A stretch of 64,000 bases of DNA from Eledone cirrhosa (lineage: Eukaryota), in the NCBI GenBank assembly GCA_964016885.1, contig OZ024745.1:87978001-88042000 (forward strand). The letters are read 5' to 3'. Positions 14,532 through 28,900 of the stretch are shown in pieces. Positions within the stretch are counted from its first letter, which is position 1, and the number at the start of each line of letters is the position of its first letter. The translations under genes and the position numbers were made by a program. The notes beneath the pieces were generated by a model that did no database searches, was not told the DNA's origin, and saw only the letters and a program-made list of their open reading frames with translations.

Positions 14532-15004
14532 ATTTATATTCCCGCCCAAACCTCCTCCACTTATAAACATAGCAGACTAGAAATAGTTGTTTTGGACAGA
14601 AACGAAGCATATATAGCCATGGAGGTCAGATGCTAGGTCGGTGTGAATATCTCTTCCAAATTCAGTATGCTAGAGAATAATTATGGACAAGGTCGAAACG
14701 CTCAACTTATCTATGCAGATTATGCGAATATTTATTAGTGGCCTTATCAAAGAACTTGATACACATTTGGCTGATATTTCTAATTGACTTATAATATATT
14801 GTGTAGAGTTGTTGGCCGAATGTATTGTTGTCTGTACTGATGTAATATTGGTAGCCGTAGATGTGTAACGAAGACTGTAGTGGTGTGGATGTGTTCAGCT
14901 ACGATTTTGACTATAAATATAGCTATATTGGTGAGGCTTTGAATAAAATGTTTGACTGTCCCAAGTGGTTGTGTATCGATTGTGGTAATTAAAATTCTAG
15001 CAGT

Positions 15005-15205
15005 AATATTGGTTTCTGATTTAGGAACAAAGCCAACAATTTGATGGAGGGAAAAATCGATTAATTCGACCGCAGTGCATTACTGGTACTTTTTTTATCG
15101 ACCCGGTAAAGATGAAACGTAAAGTTAAGCTCGGCGGGATTTGAAATCAGATCGTAAAGGGTCATAACCTTATGCCATAAAACATGTTGTCTGACGATTG
15201 CTGCC
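15005..15205 (-). mobile_element. tRNA-derived SINE
   Basis: Same family as 6658-6800. Confidence 0.8.
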
Positions 15206-15785
15206 AAGGGTTCAGTTGTATATTCTGACTAGTGACAACAAATTAAAACCCTTGAAAATATCATGAGGGCATTAAAATCTGGTCATTCCACCAATTTGGC
15301 ATTTCTTCGAAGAAATGTATATAAGAATGTTAACTATACACCACGGCAATTCAACAATGAAACCAAACGTCACACATCAAATATATAGGGCTGTTTGTGC
15401 ATGGGGTTGGTATATAGTAAAATAAATATTAAAAGATCTGTGATTTTACCAACGATTCAGTCCAGTACCGTTAATATGACACAATCTGTAAACCTCAAAA
15501 ATAAGCAGCACATTTGTGTCTCTATATAATAATGGATATATGAGAACAATATATGTTTGATTATACTTACTATATGATATAGTTGAAGTAGATTCGAAGG
15601 ACTTGAGTTATGGGCATGACATTTCAAGGCGTGGATTTACTCTCATGATCACTAGAAGAAGAAAACACAGAAAATAGATCGTTCTCTAATTATAATTAAT
15701 AATTATTAAAGTTGCAAAACACATATAAATATACATGACAAGTAAGTTTGCTTTGAAACAGCGAGCGAAGTTTAAAGTTTAGTAG

Positions 15786-15966
15786 AAATAGAAGCTTTTG
15801 CCGTACTTTTGACTAATGAAATTTTAGCCTGTTAGTGGGGTCCTAAACCCTCTAAAAATGGAGAAGGATGCGTATTGACGTATCCTTTTCCATTTTAAAG
15901 AGGGTTTTAAACTACACTATCAGAGTAACATTTCATTAGTCAAACATACGGCGAAAGCTTCTATTT
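15786..15966. repeat. ~180-bp imperfect palindrome (foldback MITE-like)
   Basis: AAATAGAAGCTTTTGCCGTA...TGACTAATGAAAT / ATTTCATTAGTCA...TACGGCGAAAGCTTCTATTT, inner AAGGATGCGT/ACGTATCCTT. Confidence 0.85.
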
Positions 15967-16127
15967 TAAGTAACTTATAAATGTATGAAACATAATAGAG
16001 TTTTTCATTAGCACATAATCATAATAGTTTTGAGAATTCGATTCTAACACAATACAATACAACTAGACTTGAACGTAATTCCATCGTTGTATCGTAAGGA
16101 AGGGAGTGAATATGGAACAATGTAGTC

Positions 16128-16176
<49 letters not shown>

Positions 16177-16544
16177 AAAGAACCGGTCGGAGCTCGCTTG
16201 CTAATTGGTCTGGTCAATCAAGGCTGACCTGTGACAAACCAACAACATCACCTTGTTTACTATTCATTTGATTGTTCAGAAACATATAAATATATATGTA
16301 GATGCATTTCTCTCCAATATACCAGATCGACTATGCGCAAAAGCAGAACAGCCACCAACAATTCGTTGATGCCTCAACAGACATTTGACATAAACTGAAA
16401 AACCCAAAACAAACAACGGTACTCTGGATATAATCGAAGTCGATTCTAGCGGAATATGCTTTCAAAGGGAGAAAATTAATAACATAAGCTATTTAGTATA
16501 TAGTTTTATCATTTTCTTTACTGCACCTCCTTTATTATATTAAA

Positions 16545-16675
16545 TGTTCAAATCCTGAGTTCAAATCCTGCCGAGGTTAACTTTGCCTTTCAGCCTTACG
16601 GGGTCGATAAACTAAAGTACCAGTAATGGACTGGGTAATTGCTGGCCTTGTGCCAAAAGGTAGAAACAATTATAT
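16545..16675 (+). mobile_element. tRNA-derived SINE, 5'-truncated
   Basis: CTGAGTTCAAATCCTGCCGAGGTTAACTTTGCC...; the B-box segment is locally duplicated. Confidence 0.8.
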
Positions 16676-16694
16676 TAAATGTTTTGCTGGTATG

Positions 16695-16820
16695 AGTGTG
16701 GGGCGACCAGCGCGTGGGACCCCATTTGCTCATAATAGTGAGACATGTAGAGGGCAAGAGAGACGGAAGTGATGGCAGTGGGAGTTTGGTTCCTCTGTGT
16801 TCGGACCTGGTGTACATGAC
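16695..16820 (-). repeat. Unclassified dispersed repeat
   Basis: Reverse complement of 60780-60883 plus 61119-61142; related to 60480-60575. Confidence 0.7.
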
Positions 16821-17979
16821 TATCGACTCTTTCCTTTCTCTTTCTTTGTAAAATATATATGTGTACATATGTGTGTGTATCTTAATTCTGACACTACAAG
16901 AGAAATTCATAACTCCCTTGTAATATAGGTACATTAAGCAGTATTCTCGTTGAATGAATTTAAGAGGTTCAATGTTTATATCTTCCTAGCTAAAGTATCA
17001 CATAAAAGCAGATCAGGAATGTATATTTGATAAATACTGACACAAAGACTGCCAATGTTTAACCCAATCTATTACAAACGATAGCCAAATCTTCCTTCAA
17101 TTTACACCTTACCTTCTTAACCCTTTACTCTACATTTAGTAGATACTTACATAGTATCGAATCTATGAGATTTTGATAAAATTTATTTTCAGAACAATAA
17201 CTTAACTTTGGTATGAACAACCGGTTATAGTTGGTTTGAACAGAAAGAGGCGAGAGAATTCTGGTCGGATAAGGTCGGTTTAAATGCTAAAGGGTTAAGG
17301 AATAATATATTGAATAATGTAACATGATAATTATGGTTGAAAATAATTAAAACCATGAACGCAGTTGGAACACCATTGCTCAATGGTTAGCTGTATCTTA
17401 GATTAACTAATATCTAAATAACAAAATCCACAAATAATGCATGACTTTCTGTTTAGCAGAGTAAGTAAATATGTGCTAAATATACGAACTAACCTCCATT
17501 TTCAATATCACAAACTCTTGTGTTGATGATGTCACTATTCAATACTTTAAGACATTTCGAAATTTGAGGGAGATTTAACAACTATTTCTAGCAGGCTCAG
17601 CAACCACATAGTGGACGCTTTAATAGCTCGTGTATTTGTCATGCATTAAAATGATAACTGAATGAAAAATTATATTATTTGCTCGCAGCGCATCCTACAT
17701 CAATTCAACGTTATCGATAATCTCAAACAATTTTCTATATCCTGGAGTTAATTACCGCCCACTCACCACGAACACATATTGAACCTTGCAAGTTTTGTAC
17801 CGATATTTCAAATAAATTGCCTTTAAAAACCTTCAGGATATTGTTATCTGTTTTTCATTCAAATAATTACCGTATGTTGTGGGAAATTTATTTCTTCACC
17901 TAACTCACAAGATATTAAAAACAAAGTCTTATTAAACTCTGCTCAGATTTCTGAATAGCATCACACAAGTGCAGAAATT

Positions 17980-18205
17980 CCGTCGGTTACGACGGAGAGA
18001 GTTCACGACGGAATCATTTCAAATATTTAAGTTGATACAGCAAATGACAACGTCAATCTTTTGGATTACATGTAGAGCTCATCTGAGGGGAACTGAAGCA
18101 ATGTAAAATAGAGTGTCTTGCTCAAGGACACATCGTAACACCGGGAATTGAACGCATGACCTTAGGATTATGTGTCGGTTACCCTAACCACTACGTCTCG
18201 CCCCT
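17980..18205 (-). mobile_element. tRNA-headed CORE-type SINE, degenerate
   Basis: GTGTCTTGCTCAAGGACAC core plus tRNA-like head; similar to 21458-21760. Confidence 0.65.
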
Positions 18206-18484
18206 TCAGATATAACACGCATATCAATAGACACACAAAAAACACACGCACATACACACGCACATAAACATACACATAAACACACACACACACACACACA
18301 CACAGCGAGACTTACACATACATGTACAGGCATGGCTGTGTGCTTAATAATCTATTTATTGACTACGAATAAACTGGCATAAAATCGACGAAGATGATTA
18401 TGACGACAAAATTTCTTACAGATCTTTCAGTTTCTCTTTATATAATACACAGAATGTGCTTAATCTAACGAAATACTAAAGTAA

Positions 18485-18662
18485 ATTTTTTCTACTTTTG
18501 GTACAAGGCCAGCAATTAACCCAGTGCATTACTGGGGCTTTATTTTATCGACCCTGTAAGGATGAAATGCAAAGTTAACCTCGGGATTTGACCTCAGACC
18601 GTAAAGGGTTGTAACTCTATGCTGCAAAGTATGGTGTCTAACGCTCCACCGATATTGGCAAT
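18485..18662 (-). mobile_element. tRNA-derived SINE
   Basis: Same family as 6658-6800. Confidence 0.8.
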
Positions 18663-18734
18663 CAAAATAATATTATTACATTTTAGTTATGAATATTGAT
18701 ATTAAGATAAGTTCTGAACATCTTATCTTGTGAC

Positions 18735-19075
18735 GCTAAACTCCGCCAGTTGTAGACGGCGCATCAACATGTAATATCTCTCTCCACAAATTTCGATCAC
18801 CAGCAGCAGAGTTCAAAGAACAAAGATCAAGTCCAGTCCATAGGTTGACATTGTCAAGCCATCGTTTTGGTTGCGGGCCTCTGCTTCTCTACCAGCCAAA
18901 CTTCCTTCCAGGTATAACCTACTCACACTTCGGGTTGATCTTTTTATATGACCTTATAATTTGAGTACTCTTGACTTGACAATTGATGTAATTGTTCTGA
19001 GTCTGGTAATGTGGACAACTGGTAGGATCTAAGTATCAAAGATCTTAGCCTTCAAATGATAGGAAACTCGTTTTG
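18735..19075 (-). pseudogene. Old RTE-type LINE 3' relic
   Basis: Frameshifted LEG..AGR...RWLDNV-like C-terminal pattern on the minus strand. Confidence 0.45.
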
Positions 19076-19200
19076 ATGTTAGTACTTCTTTGTCCTTACT
19101 TCGTTATCCTTACTTCTGAACATAGTAAGTAGCAAACATGTTAAACGCCTACGCTAATATATTTCTCTTATGTCATTGTAGTTAATATTTCGCTGTAACG

Positions 19201-19770
19201 AGGGCGGTGGATTGGCGAGGGAATTGGTAGAGCGTCGGATAAAATGCTTTATAGAAAGGGCGTGCAACAGGTGGCCCTCGGGCCACAATCCGGCCCGCCA
19301 GACCAGTTAGAGTGGCCCGCGATAACCGTTTTTAATTTTTACCTTATAGGCTTATTTAGAATTTTTTTTTCGTAACCGTAATACAATTTTCTGTTAGTTG
19401 ACCTATACTAAAGGGCTTCACTGATAGAATTATGTGTGTTATAATTTCCCAGTTCCATGTTATGGAAAGAGGTGGTGGTTTTCATTAGATTACATATCTT
19501 TTACAGTGACTGGCCCTAATAGTTGTTCCAATGACCAAAAATGGCCCGCCAATGGAATATGTTGTACACCCCTGCTTTATAGCATAGAGTTACGTTCCTT
19601 TACGTTCTGAGTTCAAATCCCGCCGAGGTTATCTTTCCCTTTCATCCCTACGAAGTCGATAGAACAAAGCAACAGTAATGCACTGGGGTCAATTTAATCG
19701 ACTTTTCTCTCTCCCAAATAGTGATGGCCTTGTACCTAAATCAGAAACCAATATTTGATGTATTATTATT
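19201..19770 (+). mobile_element. Full-length tRNA-derived SINE interrupted by a hAT MITE
   Basis: Head AGGGCGGTGGATTGGC...GGTAGAG; the body resumes after 19574 with GAGTTCAAATCCCGCCGAGG. Confidence 0.85.
19255..19574. mobile_element. Non-autonomous hAT MITE
   Basis: Perfect 8-bp TSD CTTTATAG; homologous to 8376-8697. Confidence 0.88.
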
Positions 19771-20037
19771 TGAAAAATTATTACCTTATTATAAGACTAA
19801 TCATATGCTATATATGGAAAAGTTTAACGAATGGTATGAAGTACCGAAGTATCAAAGAGATCTTATTATTTGTAATGGGAATATAACTCCAGAAAAGGTT
19901 TTTAGAGCTTATCTATCTACAGGATAATGAGCTCAGACAGGTACGAAATATAAGATTTTTTTAGAAGGATGAATTGTATTAACTAATGTCCAAACTTACT
20001 GAGATCTGTGATTTATTTTCCTATATTGATTACTGTT

Positions 20038-20245
<208 letters not shown>

Positions 20246-21411
20246 TTCTCAATAGAACGTATTGTGTATTTTCTATTTTCCGGAAATCAGACAATATATT
20301 TCCTTAATCATGAAAACATGCTATCCATCTCGACTGAAATTAAAACAGTGGAATCGTTGTTCCTACACTGATTCAATTACCAATTCGTTAATTTGATATT
20401 GAAACTCATGATAGGGAATCTACAGTTTTGTTAATATAGTATATAGTGAATGAAAGATTTCGACACAAAACTTTTCCACTACGTCGTATTTTTTCTCATT
20501 CATTATTGAGACTATTAATCTTCAGTAAGTGCTATAAACAAACGAGAAAAATAAAAATAGCGCGCAAATCTCGCCACAATGCAAATACAGAAATGTCCAT
20601 TATGTGAGCAGGGTCTATTTTTTTTTCTTATCCAATTTGTTGAGAATAATAACCAGAGCTTTACCCTGAAAGAAATTTGAACACTAAATTAGTATTAAAA
20701 ATAATGTTTTAGACCCATAAAATATGGTTGTGTTAAATCGGCGACGAACAAACATTGAAAGAGTCCATCATTATCTTTATATCGGATACTAAAGCACTAA
20801 AGCTGTTTTTTTTCTGTTCTCAAATTAATTGGTCATGCTACTATACACAATAAACAGTTGACAATATGATCAGAAAATGCACTTAACTATTTTTATTAGT
20901 TTTTTCTCCTATCATTGTCCTTTGCAGAACATTTTTGGACAACTTTTCTTTTATTTAACTCCTCATTACTAACTATATTAAGAAAACAAAATCACCCCCC
21001 AACTTTCTAATTACTACGAATAGAAAATAACATCTAATTGTTTTAGTTGTTATATCCTTGTATTTCTAGATGTCAGGAATAATAACGCTGTTAAACATAG
21101 GTTCACAGTTTTACCCGGGGTGAATTTGCACTTAGTATCGTACTGACTGCCCTTCACAAAAACAACAACATGAGCGAAGGAAGAACGTTCTGCACGGTCA
21201 GTAGACCGGCTACTAATAACAGTCACGTCATCCTCAAGTTACTCGTTGGATATTGTAATTAACGATATATGAGAGCGTTATAATTATTTTGGACGTATCA
21301 GGTCTGAAGAATAATATATATTGGTTAAAATTGAGATCTTGTAAGAAATAAATCACTATCTATTTATCAGAAAGATTAATTTGAGCTAATGCATTCCAGC
21401 AACACCATACC

Positions 21412-21446
<35 letters not shown>

Positions 21447-21457
21447 AATAGCTGCAC

Positions 21458-21760
21458 TGCGTCGGTTACGAAGACGAGTGTTCCAGTTGATATGATATAC
21501 GGAAAAGCCTGCTCATGAAATTAACGTGTAAGTGACTGAGCATCCCACAAACACACGTTACCTTAACGTAGTTCTAAGGGAAGTCCAGTGTGATACAGAA
21601 TGTGACAAGGCTGGTCCTTCGAATTACAGGTACAACTAAGTGAACTGGAACAACGTGAAATAAAGTTTCTTGCTCAAGGACAGAGCACGCCGTCGATAAT
21701 CGAACTCACGACCTCATGATTGTGAGCCGAATACCCTAACTACATGGCCACGCGCCTTCA
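21458..21760 (-). mobile_element. tRNA-headed CORE-type SINE
   Basis: Minus-strand head GGCGCGTGGCC...TAGGGTATTCGGCTCACAATC...GAGTTCGATT, followed by the TGTCCTTGAGCAAG core. Confidence 0.75.
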
Positions 21761-22448
21761 CACCATACCCACCTAAGACTGAACTGATTAAAAAGTAGTA
21801 TAAATATAATTGTTGTAAATATACACTCGAAAGGTGAGGAGAAGAGTGTGTTAAAGGATAATCTTATAATGTTTAATGTTGTTTCTAAGATCGAGAAAGC
21901 TAAACGAGTATCAACGTTCATCTACAGATACCTAGTTATCTAACGACAGCAACAGCTGACTGATGAAATGACAAGTCGGTCATTCATATTGGTGGCCTGC
22001 CCACAGCTCCGGTGGACAGAATGGATTAGGTGATGTATTTGTTTTGCAAAGTTTTTGATATGAAATCCTGTGTTGAAACAGATAGTGTTACATTTGGGGA
22101 CGGTCATGTTGTCCTAATATTCCCTAAAATAGTAAAACACACGCACAGTATGATTTGGCTATCGCTTCAGTATATCATATTGCTTCATAAAGCGAATTTG
22201 TTCCGTTGTTAATGTTTTTACGCAACAGAAAAATAGTGTCTTTCTAAAAATATAAAAATATACTGAAGCGAAAACCAAACCAAACCAAACAGTGAGTGTG
22301 TTTTACTAATTTTGGCAATATTTTGACAAAATGACCCTCTTCAAATATAATAATCTAAACTATAATAAAGTAAGGAGTGCGGGACTGCGTCCAGAATATA
22401 TATTTTTTTATCCCGTTTGTAAAATAAGATGAATTACTTTGAATAAAT

Positions 22449-22615
22449 AAGTGTTTCTACTTTTGGCACAAGGCTAGCAATTACCCAGTGTATTACTGGT
22501 ACTTTATTTTATCGACCCCGTAGGGATGAATGGCAAAGTTAACCTCGGCGGGATTTGAACTCAGAATGGCAAGGGCCGTGACTCTATGCGTCAAAGCATG
22601 CCAATTCACCGACCT
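22449..22615 (-). mobile_element. tRNA-derived SINE with ATTACTTTGAATAAAT TSD
   Basis: Family match; flanking direct repeat at 22433 and 22616. Confidence 0.85.
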
Positions 22616-23806
22616 ATTACTTTGAATAAATTATTACTTTGAATAAATAATGAATGAATATTATTAATTTATCTACTAAATTTCGTTATTCTTCATTAAA
22701 TATAAATAATAATGTTGCTTATTTTAAGATTCACTTCCTTAAACTTTTCAAATGTAAACACTTCCGGTTAACGACCGCTTAAATAAGCATTCATATATTT
22801 CCGTCACTAATTTTCTCCTAATGCAGTTTATATTTAATATCGTCTGTTTTTAATGTATCATGGATTACGTTACTGATTACATGAGACTGTGTAACGCAGT
22901 CTTCGTTCAATTTCTGTGTATATTGTCAATTACGATTTTACTTGATGTATCATATCTACATGCATATATATTTGCTTATAATATCAATATGCACATTACA
23001 CATGCTAGCAGAAAACCAACAGAAGGGTTGTTTTTCTGCTAGTCTTTTTAATATATATAAATTAAATCCAGTGGTCATCTGTTGATAAATATGCCGCAGC
23101 GTATGATACAGGTATCCATAATGTTTCAGCGACAAAAAATTACGATAGTAATAAAACAAAGAAACTAACAAACAACAAATAAATTAAGGGTGGAAACTGA
23201 TTAAGTAATTAACGTTCTCGTTGCTTCGTTAAGAGAAAATACAGAAACACAAAAGGAAGAATGGAGTATCAGGAATGTAATGTTTACCATGAAAGTCTCA
23301 TGGAAACGCACCAAATTAATGAAGAAATTGTTTTCTTCAGTCAAAGTGGATAATAATATGAGACCGATTTTGTACATGTGTGTGTGTGGTGTATGTGAGA
23401 GCCTTAAAGTGTTTGTGTGTTTTATAGAAAAGATGCGAGAATATATTGTCTATATGTGTGTGGAGGTATGTACACATGTGTGTAGGCAAGATATATAAAC
23501 ACTGACTTAAAATAATGGTAAAGGACCCAAGCTGATAGTTTGGCCAGGCCAAAGCAGGCTGAGTGAACACTCACATAAAATAATGATAAAAGATCCAGGT
23601 ATATGTGAAATGTAGAACTTTATAGCTGATAGTAGGACAAGGCAGAAGACAGCCGATGACCCTGGAGTTCTGTGTCTTTCGTTTGTATTTATATTTAAAA
23701 AGGATTAAAAAAAAAACTTTTTTAAGGTTCCGCTTAAAAAAAGTGTTTTTCCCTCTGCCTTGTTTTCGTCTATATTCTTGTCCTCTCTATGTTAATGTTC
23801 CTAAGT

Positions 23807-23862
<56 letters not shown>

Positions 23863-23867
<5 letters not shown>

Positions 23868-25290
23868 TAGAATAACAGATTAAAGTTTAAGCAAAGAATC
23901 GCTGCTTTCACCCTTAACGGGAACTTCTGAAACTAACAAAGTCAATCTGTAAACGCAGAAGTGGATATTTCAAAAAACGTTGCAACCGGAGGAAGACAGG
24001 AAGACGATACTTTGGTTCGTGGAAACGTTCGCTGGCAAAGAACGGGAAAAAACGAATATAATACGTCATTAATAGGAGCGGTGAAAAACAATTACGCGCA
24101 AAGACAGAACCACGTTTATGGTATAAAAGAGGTCGTAGACTAATGTTCTCTTAGGTGGTTCATAGAGACGTTCTCTGGCAATGAACGAAAAAAACGAAGA
24201 TAGTACGTCATATGTGGAGCGTGGAGAACAATAGCACGCAAAGACAAAACCACGTAAATGGTATAGCAGAAGTCGTAGACTAAAATTCTAACTATTTGAC
24301 CGAATGAATCTCCGCTACAGAGTTAAGAACAAAGTAAATAAATACAATACAGAAGCAAGGGAAATAAATAAATACATACACGCAAACAAATACGTACATA
24401 CACAAGCATACGCAAAACACTTACCATAGGTAAAGAAAACCATGCACATATAATATGTGTATGTGTGTTTGCGTGTATACAAATAAATAAATAATTATAT
24501 AAACGTATATAAATAAATACGTATATAACAAAAGCACACACATACCTACATGTAAATATACGAATGTTCGGAGACGTAAGTCAACCAAAACATGAAGTAC
24601 ACATACACACACTCTACATACGTACACACTGCATACTCACACAGAAGCAAAACTCCCGTATACACATAGCCAAACCATATGTACCAGTATATATAAAAAT
24701 ATACGCCATAACATAAACAATCAAATATACGTACGAGAAGGTATACGTACCTTCACAAAACATACGGGTAATATATACTTACCTATGCAAATAAGTAATG
24801 GTATAAACAAAACATACTTAGCTCCCACATCAAGACGTAAAATATCCACATATAGATCGTACTATCCGTTAGGGTATAACGTGGGCTGAAATACAGGAAA
24901 GTTTTGTGCAATTTATGTTTACAAGCCGAAATTGCCTCAGATTTTTTGTTTAAGATGTTGTCTGTGGCGTAGAGTATTTCCAGGGCCTCAGCGGCGCAGA
25001 GGTCACATGGTCTTTTATTTCCGTTATACGATCTAGCCCTAGCTAGGATCTCCCAGTGTAACTTATATTCGGTGTGGTTGTCTTTTAGACTCCAGATATA
25101 AGCTGAAAGTGACGTCATATTCCTTCTTAGAGGGTAACGAAAAGAATGGATATGCATGTAAAGACGCTGCTTGAATCTATTGGCCTACATAGGGTTAACC
25201 GCCAATAGATTCAAGCAGCGTCTTTACATGCATACCCATTCTTTTCGTTACCCTCTAAAAAGGAATATGACGTCACTTTCAGCTTATATA
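23863..25290 (-). mobile_element. 5'-truncated Hydra-clade-like PLE with 5' foldback inversion
   Basis: GIY-YIG C-terminal half (TSLSAYIWSLKD...PCDLCAAEALEI...CKHK) near-identical to 36345-36968; shared 3' UTR; inverted duplication at 25181-25290. Confidence 0.9.
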
Positions 25291-25292
25291 TA

Positions 25293-25895
25293 CCGAGCAT
25301 TGCTGACTTGTGGGTTTATGTCGAACACCTGCTGTCACGTGCAGGACGGATCCAGCTATCAGCTGAGTCCATCGTGAGGATTGCCCCGCCCTCTTCCTTT
25401 AGCCGGGAAGGGCAGGCAGTTTTTTATCTGTCTGGTGGCCATGGCGAAAGAGATAGTATGGTGGACACGTTTGAAAGGGCTGAAGACGAGCACTTACCTC
25501 TTCGGTGATGCCCTGATTAACTTTTTCAAATTTCATTTGAAAAGGAAAATCAGGGTAGAGAGGGAAGTGCTCTCTTCCCAGCATTTTGTTGAAAGATGGG
25601 TGAGAGAAGCAAGTATGGTCCGAATGAATGGGCCTTCTCTGAATATGTGTCTGTAAATTAAAGGTGGAAAACTGGGAGAGGGCACTTGCCCTGGTGGTCA
25701 GGGTCACTGTGGTCTTTTAATGGGCTTTCTCCACAAATGCCCTCGGAAGTCTCCCCCCTATTGTGGAATTTTTCTTTGTTATTTTATTACATCCTCTGTT
25801 TTTTTTACACGCAGAAATGCCCATTTGTACCGTCGTGTATTGTCCTGTACTGTCCTTAATGTCTACTTTATGTGAACCCTTGTGGTTAATAAAGA
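25293..25895 (+). mobile_element. 3' fragment of Tx1/L1-type LINE
   Basis: FICLVAMAKEIVWWTRLKGLKT...FKFHLKRKIRVEREVL matches 32303-33010; ends at (TTA)n. Confidence 0.88.
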
Positions 25896-25915
25896 AAACA
25901 TTATTATTATTATTA

Positions 25916-25967
<52 letters not shown>

Positions 25968-28900
25968 AGCTGCATTTATCTTGCTCTATATCATTCGCGC
26001 CCAGACTGCACATTGAAATTATATGATCAATGGTATCTGGTTGTTTTTTACCTACATGGCATAATGGGTTGCATCCATTTTTTATTATGTTGGCTTGGTA
26101 ATTTTTTGTTGGCAGACACAGATCTTGTGCTGATATAATCAGTCCTTCAGCCTCCGATTTCAGTCCAAAGGATGCCAACCACTTATGGGTTAAAATTTTG
26201 TCAACATCAGGATTGTTAGCTCTTTCTGCGTATTTTCCATACAGAGGATTTTCTTGCCATTTCTTAGCCAGTTTCTGTAGCAGTTCTTTCTTTGCAGTTA
26301 CTTTTACCTGCTTTGCTTTTTCTGTGTTTTCCATTTGAGCAGTAAATGGGACTTCTGAAATTTGTAGTCCATTACTGTATCTTTGTGCATCTTTTGTAAT
26401 GGAGTATGATCTTTTGATGCTTTCGTGTTTCAAAACGAGTTTGATCATCCAATCATGTGATTCCCTTAGATATGTAGATAATCCAATTGTTGCAGTTTTC
26501 AACGCAATATCTAACTGGATTAACCCACGTCCTCCTTCTTTCATAGGGAGATATATTCTATCTGTATCTGCCTTATGGTGATGCATTCTCTGCATGGTTA
26601 AGAATTTTCTAATTTTTGTATCGAGCCTACGGATCTCTGTGCTTGACCAGTTGATGACATTGTAACTGTAGGTTACTACTGGTATGGCAAGCGTGTTTAT
26701 GGCATCGATCCTATTGTTTGCATTCAATTCCGTTCTTAAGATTGCTCTTACTCTGCGGTAACATTCCTTCCTTATCCTTTCCCTCATTGTCGAGTGCTTG
26801 ATTCCGTCTCCTTCACAAACACCTAGATATTTGTAAGTTTCCTCTTGATCAAGTTCTCTTATCACATTTCCCCGATCAAGATTAATGTCTGAACTTTTCA
26901 GCAGCTTTCCTCTGGTGAACGTTGCTTTGGCGCATTTATCTCGTCCAAACACCATTTTAATGTCATCACTGAACTGCTCCACAGTGGATAATAGCCCTTG
27001 CAATTGTTCATCATTTTTTGCAAATAGTTTCATGTCATCCATGTAGAACAAGTGATTAATGGTTTTATCATAGATTCTATATTCATGTTTTGTTTCATTG
27101 AGCATTTTACTTAATGGTATAAGTGCGATGCAGAATAAAAGCGGTGATAAAGAGTCACTCTGAAAAATTCCACAATTAATATTAACTTCTCCAGCTTTCA
27201 CTGATTTTTTTTCACTATTCAAAAGGAGTGTCGTTTTCCATGTCTTCATACTGAATGACAAGAACCTCCTGACAACGGGAGATATTTTGAAAACCTCTAA
27301 ACATTTTTCAATCCAACTGTGTGGCAAACTATCGAATGCTTTTTTATAATCTATCCAAGCAATTGATATATTTTTGTGTCTATTATGACAATCTTCCAGT
27401 ATCATTTTTTTAACCAAAAGCTTATCCTTACAGCCATATGAGCCTCGTTTACACCCTTTCTGCTCATTGGGAAATAGGTCATTTTTTATCAGGTGGTCAT
27501 ATGTATATTCAGTTAGAACTGATGATAACATTTTATACATTGTGGTCAAGCAAGTTATATCGGTCTGTAATTTTTGGGCTTGTTTGTCTCATCATTTTTC
27601 GGAAGCAGGAATGTAATGCCGTAAACTAGCCATGATGGTATCTTTTCTGGCTCCTTAACTATTTCATTGTAAAGTTAGGCTAACAGCTCATGAGACTCTG
27701 TGAAGGCATTTATCCAAAAATTTGGTATTTTGTTTTTCCTGGGGATTTCCACATTTGCTGGTTTTTCTTAGAGCCAAACGCAACTGTTCAATTGTTATAT
27801 TTTCCCATATTTGTTCCTCAAGGTGAGCTGTATCTTTCATTTGTCTGTCTATCCATGGTGCATGTATATTATGAACTTTTTCTTCGGCCCAGATCTTTTC
27901 CCAGAATTCTTGTACTTCCTCCTTGGGTGGTATTGATTTAGCAGTTATTGTTGACTTGCCAAATTTCCTGTAGAAGTTTCTTTGTTTTTTTTTAACATAT
28001 TATTGTCCTTATAGAATCTAGATCGTTTTTCAAAGCGCCTTATACGAGCAGCTTTGGCCGACACTTTTTTGCTTGATTATTTCTATCAGCATGTCTATGT
28101 CACTTGTTGATTTTATACTGTATTTTCTTTTCAATTTTCTAAGTTTAGTTTGTTTAACATGTTCACCTACTTAGTAGTTTGTTAAAATTTCTATGTCAGA
28201 TCGGAGAAGGTTTATTTGGCGATTGATGTTCTCTTGCCAAGTAAATTTCTTGTGGAATTCCTTTGTTTTTTCTTTCTCACTCCACATAAATGAGTGGGGA
28301 CTTTAGCCGATTTGTAATAGAGATGATTTAAATCAGTAATGTTTAGTTTGTTTGTGATGATAATGTTTTTGAGAATTATGTTAGTCTTGTGTATTATCTT
28401 TTGGTTCTGTTTGGAGTTCTGGATCTTAGGGAGGGTCTCTCGTTCCCCTATGACAGATTCTTTCATTTTCATCCATTCGATAATAATTTCATATTCAATT
28501 TGGCAAGTTCATTCTCATTCATTTCTTTATCATTTACCATCTCATTGTTTTCATTTTGAGTTTCATCTTGAGCATGCACTCCCTCGTTTTCACTGACACA
28601 TGTTTCATTTTCACTTCGCTGACTTTGTGCTAATAGCTTGATCTGATCAATTTCTCTATCAGTTAGTAACTTTATTTTAACAATATTTCTTTGTATATTG
28701 GCTAGTTTGTTACTGTCAATATAGCCTCTATTTTCGGGATGTTTCTTTTTCCAGTTGATATATGTCTGTTCTGTATTCGATCTATTTCATGGGTAGTAAA
28801 TGGCAGTGTAGAAAGCCTCAAGGACTTCTTTATTATCTTCCCTTGACAATTTTTCTCTTTTTTTCTTTGGATTTCTTGGTGGTGAGCATGGAGGGCCAAC

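Noticed and set aside
12738-14636. Many ORFs rich in VCVC/YIYI/HTHT (also 20.0-20.4, 40.6-41.7 and 45.5-45.9 kb)
   Set aside because: Translations of (CA)n/(TA)n microsatellites, not genes.
19770-19930. Coding-looking peptide KLLPYYKTNHMLYMEKFNEWYEVPKYQRDL
   Set aside because: Short, the ORF begins inside a SINE, and there is no recognisable family or splice support.
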